Below, in pieces: positions 46,170 through 59,420 of a DNA stretch of 64,000 nt (positions are counted from its first letter, which is position 1; the number at the start of each line of letters is the position of its first letter). A program made the position numbers and the translations under genes. The stretch covers positions 25,544,001-25,608,000 of the forward strand of contig OZ024756.1 in the NCBI GenBank assembly GCA_964016885.1, written 5' to 3'. The notes below the pieces were generated by a model that was not told the origin of the DNA, searched no databases, and saw nothing but the letters and a program-made list of their open reading frames with translations. This DNA comes from Eledone cirrhosa. Its lineage: Eukaryota.

Positions 46170-46376
46170 CCCTTTAATGTTCAAACCGGCCAAAACTGGC
46201 CAGAATTCTCTACCTTTTTCTGTTGAAACTGGCTGTAACTGGTCACTCAAACTGATGTTAAGGTATTGTTCTCAAAATAAATACTTTCAAAATCTCATAG
46301 ATTCGATATTATGTGAGGTAAAGCATTTACCATGAAAATACAATAGTATATATAGAATAATATGAATGCTAAAGGG
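46170..46376. mobile_element. piggyBac-type MITE family 1, inserted in an RTE 3' tail
   Basis: TTAA-CCCTTTA...TAAAGGG-TTAA. Flanks join to give the RTE tail gacgttaaacaatgatgat. Confidence 0.8.
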
Positions 46377-46777
46377 TTAAACAATGATGATGATGATGAG
46401 ATAGATATATATACACATACATATATACATATTTGACTTGGAGTCTAGTGACTGAACTGAAACTAGTAAAAGAACACAAGAATTTCTGTAAGGAATTACT
46501 ATGAGTACTATTAATTCTATATAATTATACATTATTATGTAATTAATTTCTGTCCATTAAGTAAATACATTTCCTTACACAGAACTTTCCTGCAATATAT
46601 ATAATGAGACTGAACTTTACTATCCTATGAAGAGCTTTCTAATTACTACCCTCTCCCTGAAATATATAATAAATTATACTATAGTATAGCACCATGATTT
46701 TTATATGGTGGGCTTTGTCTAGAATGAGAGTGGGGGACTGTTGTTTTTTTATTCCATTACATTAGACATTCCTAAAC

Positions 46778-48215
46778 TGTGTCACAACACTTTAGTGTGT
46801 CACCAATAATCTCTAGGTGTGTCACAATACTTTAGTGTCACCAATAATCTCTAGGTGTGCCACAACACTTTAGTGTCACCAATAATCTCGAGGTGTGTCA
46901 CAACATTTTAGTGTCACCAATAATATCTAGGTGTGTCAACAATAATATCTAAGTGTGTCACAAACATTTTAGTGTCACCGATAATCTCTGTGTCACAATA
47001 TTTTAGTGTAACACCAATAATCTCTAGGTGTGCCACAACACTTTAGTGTCACCAATAATCTAGAGGTGTCACAACATTTTACTGTCACCAATAATATCTA
47101 GGTGTGTCAATACTTTAGTGTGTCAACAATAATATCTAAGTGTGTCACAAACATTTTAGTGTCACCGATAATCTGTGTCACAATATTTTAGTGTAACACC
47201 AATAATCTCTAGGTGTGCCACAACACTTTAGTGTCACCAATAATCTAGAGGTGTCACAACATTTTACTGTCACCAATAATATCTAGGTGTGTCAATACTT
47301 TAGTGTGTCAACAATAATATCTAAGTGTGTCACAAACATTTTAGTGTCACCGATAATCTCTCACAATATTTTAGTGTAACACCAATAATCTCTAGGTGTG
47401 CCACAACACTTTAGTGTCACCAATAATCTCGAGGTGTCAACATTTTAGTGTCACCAATAATATCTAGGTGTGTCAACAATAATATCTAAGTGTGTCACAA
47501 ACATTTTAGTATCACCGATAATCTCTGTGTCACAACACTTTAATATGTCACCAATAATCTGTGTCACAACACTTTAGTGTCACCAATAATCTCTAGGTGT
47601 GTCACAACACTTTAGTGTCACCAATAATCTCTAGGTGTGTCACAACACTTTAGTGTCACCAATAATCTCTAGGTGTGTCACAACACTTTAGTGTCACCAA
47701 TAATCTCTAGGTGTGTCACAACACTTTAGTGTCACCAATAATCTGTGTGTCACAACACTTTAGTGTCACCAATAATCTCTGTGTCACAACACTTTAGTGT
47801 CACCAATAATCTGTGTGTCACAACACTTTAGTGTCACCAATAATCTGTGTGTCACAACACTTTAGTGTCACCAATAATCTGTGTCAGCACTTTAGTGTCA
47901 CCAATAATCTCTGTGTGTCACACCACTTTAGTGTCACCAATAATCTCTGTGTGTCACAACACTTTAGTGTCACCAATAATCTCTGTGTCACAGCACTTTA
48001 GTGTCACCAATAATCTCTGTGTCACAACACTTTAGTGTCACCAATAATCTAGGTGTGCTACAAGACTTTAGTGTCACCAATAATCTCTAGGTGTGCTACA
48101 AGACTTTAGTGTCACCAATAATCTCTAGGTGTGCCACAACACTTTAGTGTGTCACCAATAATATCTAGGTGTGCCACAAGACTTTAGTGTCACCAATAAT
48201 CTGTGTGTGTCAACA
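46778..48215. repeat. ~30-33 bp minisatellite (GTGTCACAACACTTTAGTGTCACCAATAATCT...)
   Basis: Roughly 45 head-to-tail units; no unique spacers. Confidence 0.95.
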
Positions 48216-48339
48216 TTTTGTGTAATATCGTTATTATGTAACTCTTTCTCTCTCTATATATATAGAAACGATCGACTTTCGTCAAATCGGACCGAGGGAA
48301 CAATGTTTCTGTTGGTCTTTCCAATTGCTAATACTATCT

Positions 48340-48467
48340 ATCGGTCGCAACTCCAGATAGAAGGAGCAACGTGAAATAAAGTGTCTTGCTCAAGGACATA
48401 ACGCATCGCCTGGTCCAGGAATCGAACTCACAACCTTACGATTGCGAATCCAATTCTCTAACCACTC
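48340..48467 (-). mobile_element. tRNA-derived SINE family 2, 5' part
   Basis: Minus strand AGTGGTTAGAG...GTGAGTTCGATTCC...TCCTTGAGCAAGACACTTTATTTCAC. Confidence 0.75.
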
Positions 48468-50149
48468 ACCTTCACTATATATTTATATATATATATTTTA
48501 TTATAGGGTAAAATGGCAGGAGGCTGGACAGGTTTATTCCTTTAAATGTTATTACTGCAAACACTATACACATTTCAGTGGGCAGGTTATGTACGAACCC
48601 GGTGACATCATCAGGATGTATAATTGCATAATAGTTAGGCAGAAAAAACGTGAATGAAAAAAAAGGTGTTTTTTTTTTTTTTGATTCAGAGGTTATTGAA
48701 TGCCCTGTTCTCATATGTATGTATATATATGTGTGTGTGTATAAAAGAAATGTTCATTATAAATAGATATAATTATCATATCTAACATCTCAGCCAAACT
48801 TTTAATTGGACTAGAGATATATACGTATGCCAGATGTCATTCTAAAGTATTCTTGCTTATATCAAAACCTTTCCACATCATAATTCTGAGTAAGAAACTT
48901 TTGTAAAGTAATGTAACAAACATCAGTTTATGAACGAAACAGTTACCTCTAATTTTTTTTTATCATTATAAAAATCAACTCTCCCGTCCACAGAGGAGAT
49001 TTGCAATATCTTTTGGGATGGGTGAGAGATGTCTTCTCTTGTGAAAAAGGGTATAGCTTTCATTATGTAAAATCTCCCCATTTTGCCTCATTTCTCTCCG
49101 TTTTGGGGTACTTTTTTTTCATGGTATTCCCCGTTTGGGTTTTTAGAGGTTGGAAGGTTTACATTGGCAGAGTATTTCATTAGAAATATTGTAACAGAAA
49201 GGTTAAAGGTGTTGTACTGAATGACATACCCAAAACGTTCTTAGTTGGAGAAAGAAAAAAAGTATTAGTAGTAATACTAACAGTAAGAACGAATTGGCGG
49301 AGTCGTTAGAACTTTGGATAGAATGTTTGGCGGTATTTGCTTAGGCTCTGCACCCTGGGTTCAAATCCCACCGACGTCAATTTTACCTTTCATCCTTTCG
49401 TGGTCAATAAAAAAAGCATCAGTCTAGTTTTGGGGAAGAATCTTCCTCTCTCTCTCAGAAGAAGAAGAAGAAGAAGTGGAAGAAATCGGTTGTGTTCAGA
49501 CAAAGAGGAGATGGGCTCTTCTAGGTTTTTAAAAACTTGTCCAAGACTCACTATATGTCATGACGGGCCCCTACGACTCCTCCTGAGCACCACTCAAGTA
49601 TTTTCGCTCAAGATAAAATGAATAAATATATAATTAAATACATGCTTATTATTATAATTGGAATAATTTCTTCAAACTACAGCAATCAGTATTACTTTGA
49701 TTTAATCCCAACAATTGCTATAAAGGTATTTAATAGGTCAATAAGTGAGTAATTAATCTTAAAGCCGGAAGTTTTATTATTCACAGTTGTATAAATAACA
49801 TTATAAATTGTTTATAATTCTTACAGAATGAAATATAAACACATAATAAATACAATTAATTATTGCTAGGAAGCTCACAAATATAATACCAGAACCCCGC
49901 TCCCCCAAAACCTCATCGCCTGTTATACGTGAGAAGGAAATGTATAATGCTAACTACATAATAAATGGGTGTGTATGGGAGAGGGAGAGAGAGAAGGGGG
50001 TGCTGGTTAAAACGGGACATAAATGAAGTCAGTAGAAGTTAGATATTCAAAACTATCAGATTAAAGTCCGTCAACTTCCGAAATTGAAGAGAAAAGTTTT
50101 AGATCTTTTTAAGTCGCTTGAATTAGGTTTTAAGTGCACGTTATGTTAC

Positions 50150-50278
50150 TGTTTTGTTGGTCAGACAGAATAAGCTGTTAAGAAAGCAGGTGGCATACTT
50201 CTAATCCGGAAGATCGGTGTTGTTACACCTGTCGAGCAAACAGCGCCATTAACTCACCTGTAATTTAACTTTGACAAA
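50150..50278 (+). promoter_or_regulatory. Putative proximal promoter/5' UTR of the beta-subunit gene
   Basis: CpG-containing segment with CAGGTG/CACCTG at 50187, 50226 and 50255 and CCGGAAG at 50206. Motif matches only. Confidence 0.3.
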
Positions 50279-50698
50279 ATGGCGTCTCGTACCAGTTCAG
50301 ACGTTGACACAGTCACCACAGTTCCTAGTCGAACTAACTTTCACGACCGATCCGAATCTTTATCAAATTTTGTCTACAACCAAAATGACGGAACAATTTT
50401 CTACAAAAGTCCCAAAAGATGGTTGCAGCTCATCTGTTTTTATTTTGTATTTTATTCAATTCTCTTCCTTTTTACGGCGGGACTATTGGTCGCTGTTTAT
50501 AATATTTTAGATTGGAACTATCCCAGTATGAGAGGCCCAGATAGTATTTTTAGAGGCAATCCTGGTTTGTCTTTTCGACCAAACCCCGACTACGATTCAA
50601 CTCTAATCAGATATGTGAAAGGTGACGGCCCAACAACCCGTAAATACATTGATCACATCGAGGCCTATATTCGATTTTATGAAAATAAAAACCAGATT
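50279..50698 (+). CDS. ATP1B: Na+/K+-ATPase beta subunit, exon 1
   Basis: F.YN..DG.I..K...W..L..FYFVFY transmembrane anchor and NPGLSFRP motif. ATT|gtaagt donor at 50699, phase 0. Confidence 0.93.
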
Positions 50699-51457
50699 GT
50701 AAGTTGATTTAATCATTATCCTTTTAACACTTGTAAATATCTCTCGCAGGTTTTTATTCTTCAAACTTTTTGACTCCATCCTCTCTGTCTCCAATACACT
50801 TTAAAATTGTTTTCCACCTGTGTTTACCTGTTGACTTCAACATTCCTTTGCCCACAGTCATTTTAAAAGCTGTGTTAACTTGCAAACTTCTATCGCTTTA
50901 TAAACCTTTGAAAACACTCTCCTCTATATTATATATTTGACTTTTACGGGAGTAGAACTGTTTTATTCGCTTGAAATCATCAGGAAAGCCCCTGATGATT
51001 TCAAACGAATGAAACAGCTATTTCTAATCATGGAGAAATCATTTCTATATCAATATATTTGTATCTTTTCTACTAATGCATTGAGTACCTTACTTAAAAG
51101 TGGTTCTATTCCGTTTCTCTTCGGAAACTATATATATATAATGTCCGAAGAAAATGCAAAGGAAAAAAGAGTGTTCTATGTATAAAACAGAGCTAATTTA
51201 ATTAGAAAGTGAACTAGACGTATGTTAATATTGTCTAGGATCCAGAAACCTTTGGTAATGGAGTAGCTATATATTGTGTTGTTTACTTTCTAATTAAATA
51301 TATAAATATAGGTAATAATAATAAATGTGAAGGCTAAAATCCGAAGAGGGCTCGATATGGATAATATATATATCAAAATATATAAAACCATAGAGCAAAT
51401 ATTTATTAAAATAACAGATTCTTTGCTTAAACTTTAATCTGTTATTTTAATAAATAA

Positions 51458-51499
<42 letters not shown>

Positions 51500-52619
51500 G
51501 GTGTCCCCCAAAAATATATACATTCTTCAACAACACTAATAAATATTGCCTCTACAGGTAATCATTTTTTGTTTTGTGTGTGTATATATATACATATACA
51601 CACCCAGGTGCGGGTACGTGTTTTTTTTAATTATCTCTTCCTCGTAATACAACCAAGAATAAAATTCGTACTTGCTCCTTTCATTACGTCTTGGTTCCTC
51701 TAATTATTACTTGAATTAATTTACTAAAGAAGGTTCAGAAGGGATCTCGCTTTTCAAAAGTGTACTTTGATAATTTACTATTGAAAAGTTTATTTAATTT
51801 TCTTTCAACGATTATTAACATCATACATCGTACCTTGATAAATGTGTGTATATATTTATCCCGGGTTCAATCGGAGGTAACCACGGTAAGTAAGGTGCTC
51901 AATACATAGCAGAGTATAAATATTTAATGGCTTCTACAGGACTAGAAATGTTTCATTCGAAGGAAATCAGCAGGGCTTTCCCGGTGATTTCCTTCGAATG
52001 AAACAGTTTTAGTCCTGTAGAAGCCACTTCTATATATATATATAGTAAGTTTAGTTTCAATTTATCTCAAAACTTTCATACTTTAGATAATTTTTCCCTA
52101 TCTCATATCTTTGCCCTTTCCTAGGGTTTTTTATTTTGTTTCCCGTTAAGCTTATGATGTATTAGTTAATTGAAAAAACAAAGAAGACAAAAGGTCCTGT
52201 TATCATTATAACCATAACACACCTGTATAATTTGTATTAAACTTTGTAGGTGTATATGGGTGGCCAACCACCACCTAAATATGTTTAAATATTCATACCT
52301 AAGCTTCTACTTGTTTTTGTAAAACTTTAAAATTACACACGTCTCTGATACTGGTACTTGATAAGTTTGGTTAGAATATTGAGGATGAAATTTATGGGTG
52401 GGTGTTGATCGAATATGGCTTTCAAAACTCGTAAATTATTTAAACCGAAAACTTCGTTATATCCGTCGCTGAGATGGGTGTAATAATAAAAATTACCCTT
52501 TCTTTATTTTGTTTTTTTTTTGTCGTAAATAGAGAGATAGGCAATGATAATTTATACAGTTTAATATATAAATTGTATCAACATGTTTATTGATATATAT
52601 GAATAGAGTTATAGTAACT

Positions 52620-53090
52620 GCCTCCGTCTCTCTCGCTCTCGCCACCTCTCACTATTATAAGCAAATGGGGGCCCACGCGGCCCCGGCGGACAGAGTAGAG
52701 AAGGTATTTACAGAGAGGACGATGAGGGAGACACGTTGTAATAGCCATTCGAACTCGTGAGGCTCACACCTGCGGATAGCCAACTCCGTGCTGATGGTGG
52801 TGTGTAGGGAGGTGGTCCTAGGGCCAAGGACAACAGAAATCCCCATTGCTACGGGCTCAACCGCAAATCTGTCGGAGAGCGGCCGATATTTGGAGAGTTT
52901 ACCCAACTCGGCCCGAAGTGCAGCAGAACTTGGATTAGTCGCAGACTGCCCCAGGTTGCCGCTGAAGAAAGTGTTATTGCATGTGGCATCCCAGATGAGA
53001 GGTGTACCACGGCAGAACGGGAAGATAGTTATGCCGTCTGGTCTTTTGCCGCACCCTCGGTCCAGCCCCGCTAGAATTTAGCTTGGAATA
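52620..53090 (-). mobile_element. CRE-like retrotransposon RLE fragment, same family as 9790-10290
   Basis: KRPDGITIFPFCRGTPLIWDATC.NTF...GKLSKYRPLSDRFAVEPVA..LGP..EWLLQRVSL. A shorter, older copy lies at ~57295-57560(+). Confidence 0.85.
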
Positions 53091-53099
53091 GTTCCATCC

Positions 53100-53935
53100 A
53101 TAAAGATGAAGCTTTACTATATTGGAGAGAGCTGGGTTTGTCAGTTCCCGATACTGACAAGGATAGATGGAAGAAGAGAGTAGCGGACAATCTGCGTTTG
53201 AGCGAAAGTTTTAACTTTCTCTTTGATTATTCAGATCAATTTTCAAGGTGCCGCTTACTTTCTGCAAGCGCAAAGTTCTCAGGGATTGATGCCCTTCCTG
53301 TGACCAACATTAGTCTTCTCAATCAGGACGAGATCCGCATTTTCATTGCACTATGAGAGGGAGCCGATGTCTGTGGGGGTCTGAGATGTCACTGTGGTAG
53401 GTCTCTCGGCTCCACGGGCCTCCATGGTTTGTTCCGTCGTCTGAATGCTGTTCGCTTTGCCCGCCACACCGAGCTAAACCTGGTCATTAAGCGGGTCTTA
53501 GCTCGGGTAAATATCCCCTCAGTTCTGGAGCCAGCTGGATTATCCAGAAATGATGGGAAGAGATCAGACGGCCTTACTCTTTGTCCCTGGGTAAGAGGCT
53601 GGTGTCTCATCAAGGATGCCACAGTCAGTGACTTTTTTTCTCCCTCCCGCATCATCGATGCCGCGGTAAATGTGGGGGGGTCACTGCATCAGTTGCCGAA
53701 CAGAATAAAATTCGAAATACTGGGAACTACTAAACAATTATATTTTCCATCCTGTGGCGTTCGAGACGTTTAGTGGAATTGGGCCGCTAACAGCGAAATT
53801 CTTGTCATCATACCGAGGTGTCCGGTAATACCGTGGGGGTGCCTGGTTGTTTCAGCTCCTTAGGCTTGCCATCACCTGCGGTAATGCTGCGAGCGTGTTA
53901 GCTTGCCTCAAAACTTTCCGTCGACCCTTGTGATT
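53100..53935 (+). mobile_element. Second, distinct CRE-like retrotransposon fragment
   Basis: RLLSAS...ALP..DEIRI.IAL, CHCG..GLHGL..RHTELN.VIKR.L...SVLEP.GL.R.DGKRSDGLTL.PW zinc-knuckle and RLE motifs, with stops. Confidence 0.85.
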
Positions 53936-54469
53936 TGTGGCCGATTGTCGCTCTTCGTGAATTGATGGTCGTTTTTGCCCCCCCCCCCCCTCTTTCTCTT
54001 GCTTTGATCGTATATTTTGATGAGTTGTGTTTGTAAGGTTCATAATGAATGAATTGTATTTATTATGTGTTTCAACGTGGTAATCTTTCGTTTTAAGATC
54101 ACAGATAACTTCCTGCAATTTAAAAAAGATTAAATAAAAAAAAAAATAATTATACAACCATTATCGTATTCTACACCTTCGGAAATGTATCTCTGTAAAA
54201 TATTCATTTAGAATGTTATAATGAAACAAAGTTGCGGTTGGTGTGGGGACACTAAACTGTAGTTACACACACACACATAGATGTTTTATGTGTTAAGTAT
54301 TTCCGTAGAAAAGGTAAAGGAAAGAAGAGTGCTCTATGTATAGTACAGAGCTATTTGATTAGATGTACAACAGTACGTCCTCATCAGACAAAATATAATG
54401 ATACATGACATACCCTGAGATATTAAATGGTTAAGATTTAATCAAGGTAGTGTTTAACTCTTTAATATA

Positions 54470-54799
54470 TATCATCATCATTTTACGTCCCCTTTTCCTT
54501 GCTTGCAAGGGTGGGACGGGAACTGATTCTGGCTTGATTTCTACAGCTGGATGCCCTTCCTAACACCAACCTCATTTACAGTGAGTGGTGGGTGCTTTTT
54601 TTTCTGTTGCACCTCCACGACCACTTTGCAGTGGAATGATAGGGACTGTGGTCGTGGAGGTGCCACTCTACAGCTGAGTAAACTGGAGCAATGGGAAATA
54701 AAGTATCTTGCTCAAGGAAACAACACATCACCCGGTCTGAGAATTGAACTCACAACCTTTCGATTGCAAGGCCAATGCTCTAACCACTAAGCCATGTGC

Positions 54800-54802
<3 letters not shown>
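54470..54802 (-). mobile_element. SINE family 2: tRNA head plus RTE-derived 3' tail
   Basis: Reverse complement of 63462-63805. A 5'-truncated copy lies at ~61073-61364(-). Confidence 0.88.
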
Positions 54803-54853
<51 letters not shown>

Positions 54854-57800
54854 GCACCTTTTTTTTACTATATGACGTATCTAAGCAACCTTACTATATA
54901 TATATATATAGTAAGGTTGCTTAGATACGTCATATAGTAAAAATAGGTGTGAACGTTAGAAAGCTTTCTATACAGATCACGTTATATAAGGAAAATGATT
55001 TTTAAAAAAAAGGGTTTGAAAAGCGCACTTGGTATAAGGATCTTTATAACATGTACAAAAATTGATGTTTAGTAAAGCTTGCTTTCTCCATATTGGATCA
55101 TCAAAACATTTGTTATTAGGTGAAATTGTTTTTTATCGTTAAAAATCCTGGACTCTGATTCTCGACCACATTGGTTTGGGTCACTTCTGTCTTTGCTAAA
55201 GTAAGGGATACAACTGATTTTTTTTCGTTGGGGTTGATATAAAAAATATGAGGAATTGTAAGCTAAGGTTAAAATCCGTTTTCTTTCCATTGATGAAGTT
55301 TAGTCATTGGTATGAATATATGGGCACTAATTCTAAAAGGTGTGGAATAGACCTCCTCTGGTTTTGACAATGAATATTCCAGTTCCTTAATAGAAAAGCC
55401 TGCTCATGAAATTAATATTTAAATGACTGAGCATTCCAAACACATGTGTACCCTTAACGATTCAGGGAGATTCAGTGTGTAACAAGGCTAGTTCTTTGAA
55501 TTACAGTTGTTGACAAGCCGAAGGGCTTCTAAATTGTTTCTGTCTACCCAATTTCACGTAAAGGTCAGGGTTGACTTAAGGCTATGTTAAATGATACTTG
55601 ACTAAAATAGCAGGCAGTAGGATTGAATCCAGGATTACTCAGTAACCATTCCTACAAATTGGCTGAGTTGTTAGAGCATCATATTAAATGCATATTTGTT
55701 CCAGCTTTCCGTGTTCTGAGTTCAAATCATACTGAGGTCGACTTAGCTTTTCATTCTTTTACGACAGTTGATAACGTAATTGTCTAGGGCAATGGATTGC
55801 ATTCTGAATTCAAATCCTGCCTCCTGTCCCCAGACAACTGGGTATAGGATAGAACTTTGTGGGGTGGGGGTCAAGTCAAATGAGGTGGAGTGGGGTGGAG
55901 CTTGTATCATTAAAACACCCAAGAAACATTGTGAACTGTTACAAGAACATCAAAAACAAACCTACAAACAGCCTCAGTAAATCTGACACTTTCAAACCAA
56001 CATTTTCTCTTATTTTTGTGTCAACCACCAAGTGGAATATTTGATGCTTTGAGCAAAAATATTTTCAATCAAATCTTCTGGATTTATATATAATACAAAA
56101 TTTGGAGGGATTTAGTAACATAACTAACTTTCTCATCACTAATCTGGTGTCTAGACCATAATTTAACAAATGTTCTTACTTAAAATTATGATAGGCTTCA
56201 GATACATATAAATAGTTTTGTCTAATAGAAACACTTTGTGGTCAAAAGGGTTAAAAATGAGGTACTGGGGGAGGGTCAATAGGATTGATTAAATCAAAGT
56301 TTTGACCCAGCATGGCCACAGTCTAATGACTGAAATCAGTTGTTTCATGTGACAAGCCAATTCTTGAACATTTGTGATCAATATTGATTTCTAATTTAGA
56401 CACAAGGTCAGCAAATTGGTGGTGGTGATGGGGAAAAGTTGATTAAACCATTAGCATTTACTATTATATTTTCACAGTAAACACTTTACCGCACATAGTA
56501 TCGAATCTATGAGATTTTGATATTTATTTTGAGAACAATTTACATTACTCTCTTTTTAATACTGTATTTTCATGGTAAACACTTTATCTCACATAATATC
56601 AATCTATGAGATTTTAATATTATTTATTTTGAGAACAATACCTTAATGTTAGTATGAGTAGCCGGCTATGGCCAGTTTCAACAGAAAGAGGTGAGAGAAT
56701 TCTGGCCAGATACGGCTGGTTTAAATGCTAAAGTGTTAACATCAGTATGAGTGGTCAGTTTGAACAGAAAGAGGTGAGAGAATTATGGCTGGTTTAAATA
56801 CTAAAGGGTTAAATCAGCTCCACTACATGATTGGTACTTCATTTAGAAGGCTCTAGAATGATGAAAGACAAAGTTTAGCTGATAGGATTTGAACTCAGAA
56901 TGTAAAGAAACAGACAAATACCATTTCTGCCAATTCACCACAGATTCATTTGTAATAAACATTGATTTTTTTATATAGTCACAATGTCTCAAGTTTTGTG
57001 AAAAAGGAAACAGTAGATTATATCAACCCCAGTACATGACAGGTACTTGATTTTAGCATTCCCCGAAGGACAGTATGCAAAGTTGGCTTTGGTGGGATTT
57101 GGATTCAGAATGTAAAGAGTCAGAACAAATATTGCAAAGCATTTTGACTGATAAAATGAAGTACCAGTAAAGTACTGTGGCTGATTTACATTCTAGATGT
57201 GAATGGATTTACAATAAAAGAAAAGCATGATGGTGCAATAATGAGTGTTTAGTCACAGTGTTTCAGTGGTTGAAATAGAAGTTGTGATGGTCACAGCTCC
57301 AAATATCGGTTGCTCTCCAACAGGTTTGTGGTTGAGCCTGTGACAGTGGAGACTTCTAGTGTCCTTGGTCCTAGGACCACCTCCCTACTCACCACCATCA
57401 GCACAAAGCTGGTCACTCACAGGTGTAAGCCTCATGAGCTCTAATGGCTTTTCTGGTGTGTCACCCTCACCATCCTCTGGGGAAAATGCCTTCTCTATTC
57501 TGACCGCCAGCACATGGCCCCCATTTGCTCATATTACTGAGAGATGGGGAGAGTGGGAGAGGCAGTGACAGTGAGAGTTTGGTTCTTTTGTGTTCAGACC
57601 TCGTGTATATGTTTCACGGGACACACTCGCATGTATGTAATACACAGATTCTAACATTGTTATAAATATAATCTGGGTCAGAGTTGCCAGAATAATCTAG
57701 TAGCAAGAGTGTTGTATGTTATGGTCCCTTCATTTTCAGGTGCTTATGTTACAGTATTATATTGCTTTTAACCTTTGTCACATTTTAAACAAAATTAGGC

Positions 57801-58261
57801 TCCCTTTTTAGTATATGTTATGGGGCCATAAACTTTCAGAGGCCTTGCACTAAGTACTATACTATATAGTACTATATTGCCTTTAACCTTTATGTCACAT
57901 TTAACAAATTTAGGATCCCTTTACTTTATAGTATATGTTACAAGCCCTTTACTTACCTAATCTGGGACTGGGTCACAGCCTTAGTTTGGGTTATTGAGTT
58001 AGTGATCATCACTTATACATGAATTAGAATAGGCTACTAAAAGAACCGCTATATAGTCAAATTGCTGGCTACAATCTTAAGGGAAGAACACATTAGATAT
58101 AGTATTTCTATATCTAACTAAAAAATAAATAAAACACAAGATTGCCCGTAGATGAGATAACTTAGATCGTTTTGCTCGAGCTGGGTTAACCTGGGGCTAA
58201 ACAGAATAATGTAACAGTAAAGGTGTGTGGCCTAATGGTTAAGGTGTTGAACTCACAATAA

Positions 58262-58680
58262 TGGAGTCCTTATTAAAACACCCAAGAAACCTCCTATGTG
58301 ATACAACCTTAGCTAATCTACAAAGAGGGGAGCTGTAACAATAACATGATAGGACTGGGACCCCTAGCATTAAAACACACATGAAACCTTATATGAGATA
58401 TCACCTCATAGGAGGCCAGCTAAACCGACATAGGTGTGAGCTATAATAACAACATGATAGGTCTGGAGACCCTATCATTAAAACTTGTTACAGCTCACAG
58501 CTATGTAGGTTTAGCTGATCTCATAGGAGGTTTCTTGGGTGTTTTAATGATATTAAGATACAACCACATAGAAAGCTAGCTAAACCTATGCAAGTGTGAA
58601 CTGTAACAACAACAACATGATATCACTATGAAATAGAACCTTATAGCAGGTCAGCTAAACCTACCTGGGTGTAAACTGTA
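58262..58680. repeat. Degenerate ~100-bp repeat cluster with one inverted unit
   Basis: ttaaaacacccaagaaacc..agctaa..gagctgtaacaataacatgatagg recurs; inverted at ~58485-58552; related piece at ~55908-55945. Confidence 0.6.
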
Positions 58681-58786
58681 AAATTTATTTCATTATATTT
58701 TAAATTTTGTCTTTAGAACTATAAATACCCATATTTGTGAAACTAAATGTCTAAATAAAGAATATTGTCTTGGTCTCTATTTCTAG

Positions 58787-59284
58787 GGTGAAAATTTTGC
58801 CGCTTGTGCAGCTATTGTTCGTCGAGAGCAAAGAGAGAAAGTTTGCCGATTCGACATCCAGACATTAGGATCAAATTGTGTGAAGCAGCAGAACTATGGA
58901 TACGATGATGGGATGCCATGTGTCCTTCTGAAGCTAAATAAGATCTTTGACTGGGAACCTGTACCTTACAACTTGTCTGAGGTGCCAGAACAAATTAAGA
59001 ACAGCTATAAAGAGTATGCAATAAAGGTGACTTGCCAAGGCGAACTGCCAGCTGACCGAGAGAATCTCGGTGATATCCTGTATTTCCCTGATGAGGGTTT
59101 CCATTTTAAATACTTCCCATACCTCAACCAACAAGGTTACCGTTCTCCTTTGGTCTTTGTACAGTTCCAGAATCCCAAAACCGGAATTTTGCTGATGATT
59201 GAATGTAAGGCTTGGGCCAAAAACATTATCCATAATCGGATACAGAAAATTGGAACAATCCATTTTGAATTACTTGTTGATTAA
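58787..59284 (+). CDS. ATP1B: Na+/K+-ATPase beta subunit, exon 2 (305 aa total)
   Basis: ttctag acceptor, in frame. Six ectodomain Cys; NYGY..G.PCVLLKLNKIFDWEP, YFPY, GYRSPLVFVQF, ECKAWAKNI, C-terminal HFELLVD. Confidence 0.95.
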   Translation, partial: GENFAACAAIVRREQREKVCRFDIQTLGSNCVKQQNYGYDDGMPCVLLKLNKIFDWEPVPYNLSEVPEQIKNSYKEYAIKVTCQGELPADRENLGDILYFPDEGFHFKYFPYLNQQGYRSPLVFVQFQNPKTGILLMIECKAWAKNIIHNRIQKIGTIHFELLVD

Positions 59285-59354
59285 GGGGTTACAGGTAGGT
59301 ACAGTAGCAAGCAATCCCAACTATAAACTGAGCAGCAAAACACCAAGATTATTG

Positions 59355-59420
<66 letters not shown>

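Noticed and set aside
46778-48215. CRISPR-like look of the ~30-bp partly palindromic repeat
   Set aside because: Units are contiguous with no unique spacers, there are no cas genes, and the context is eukaryotic.
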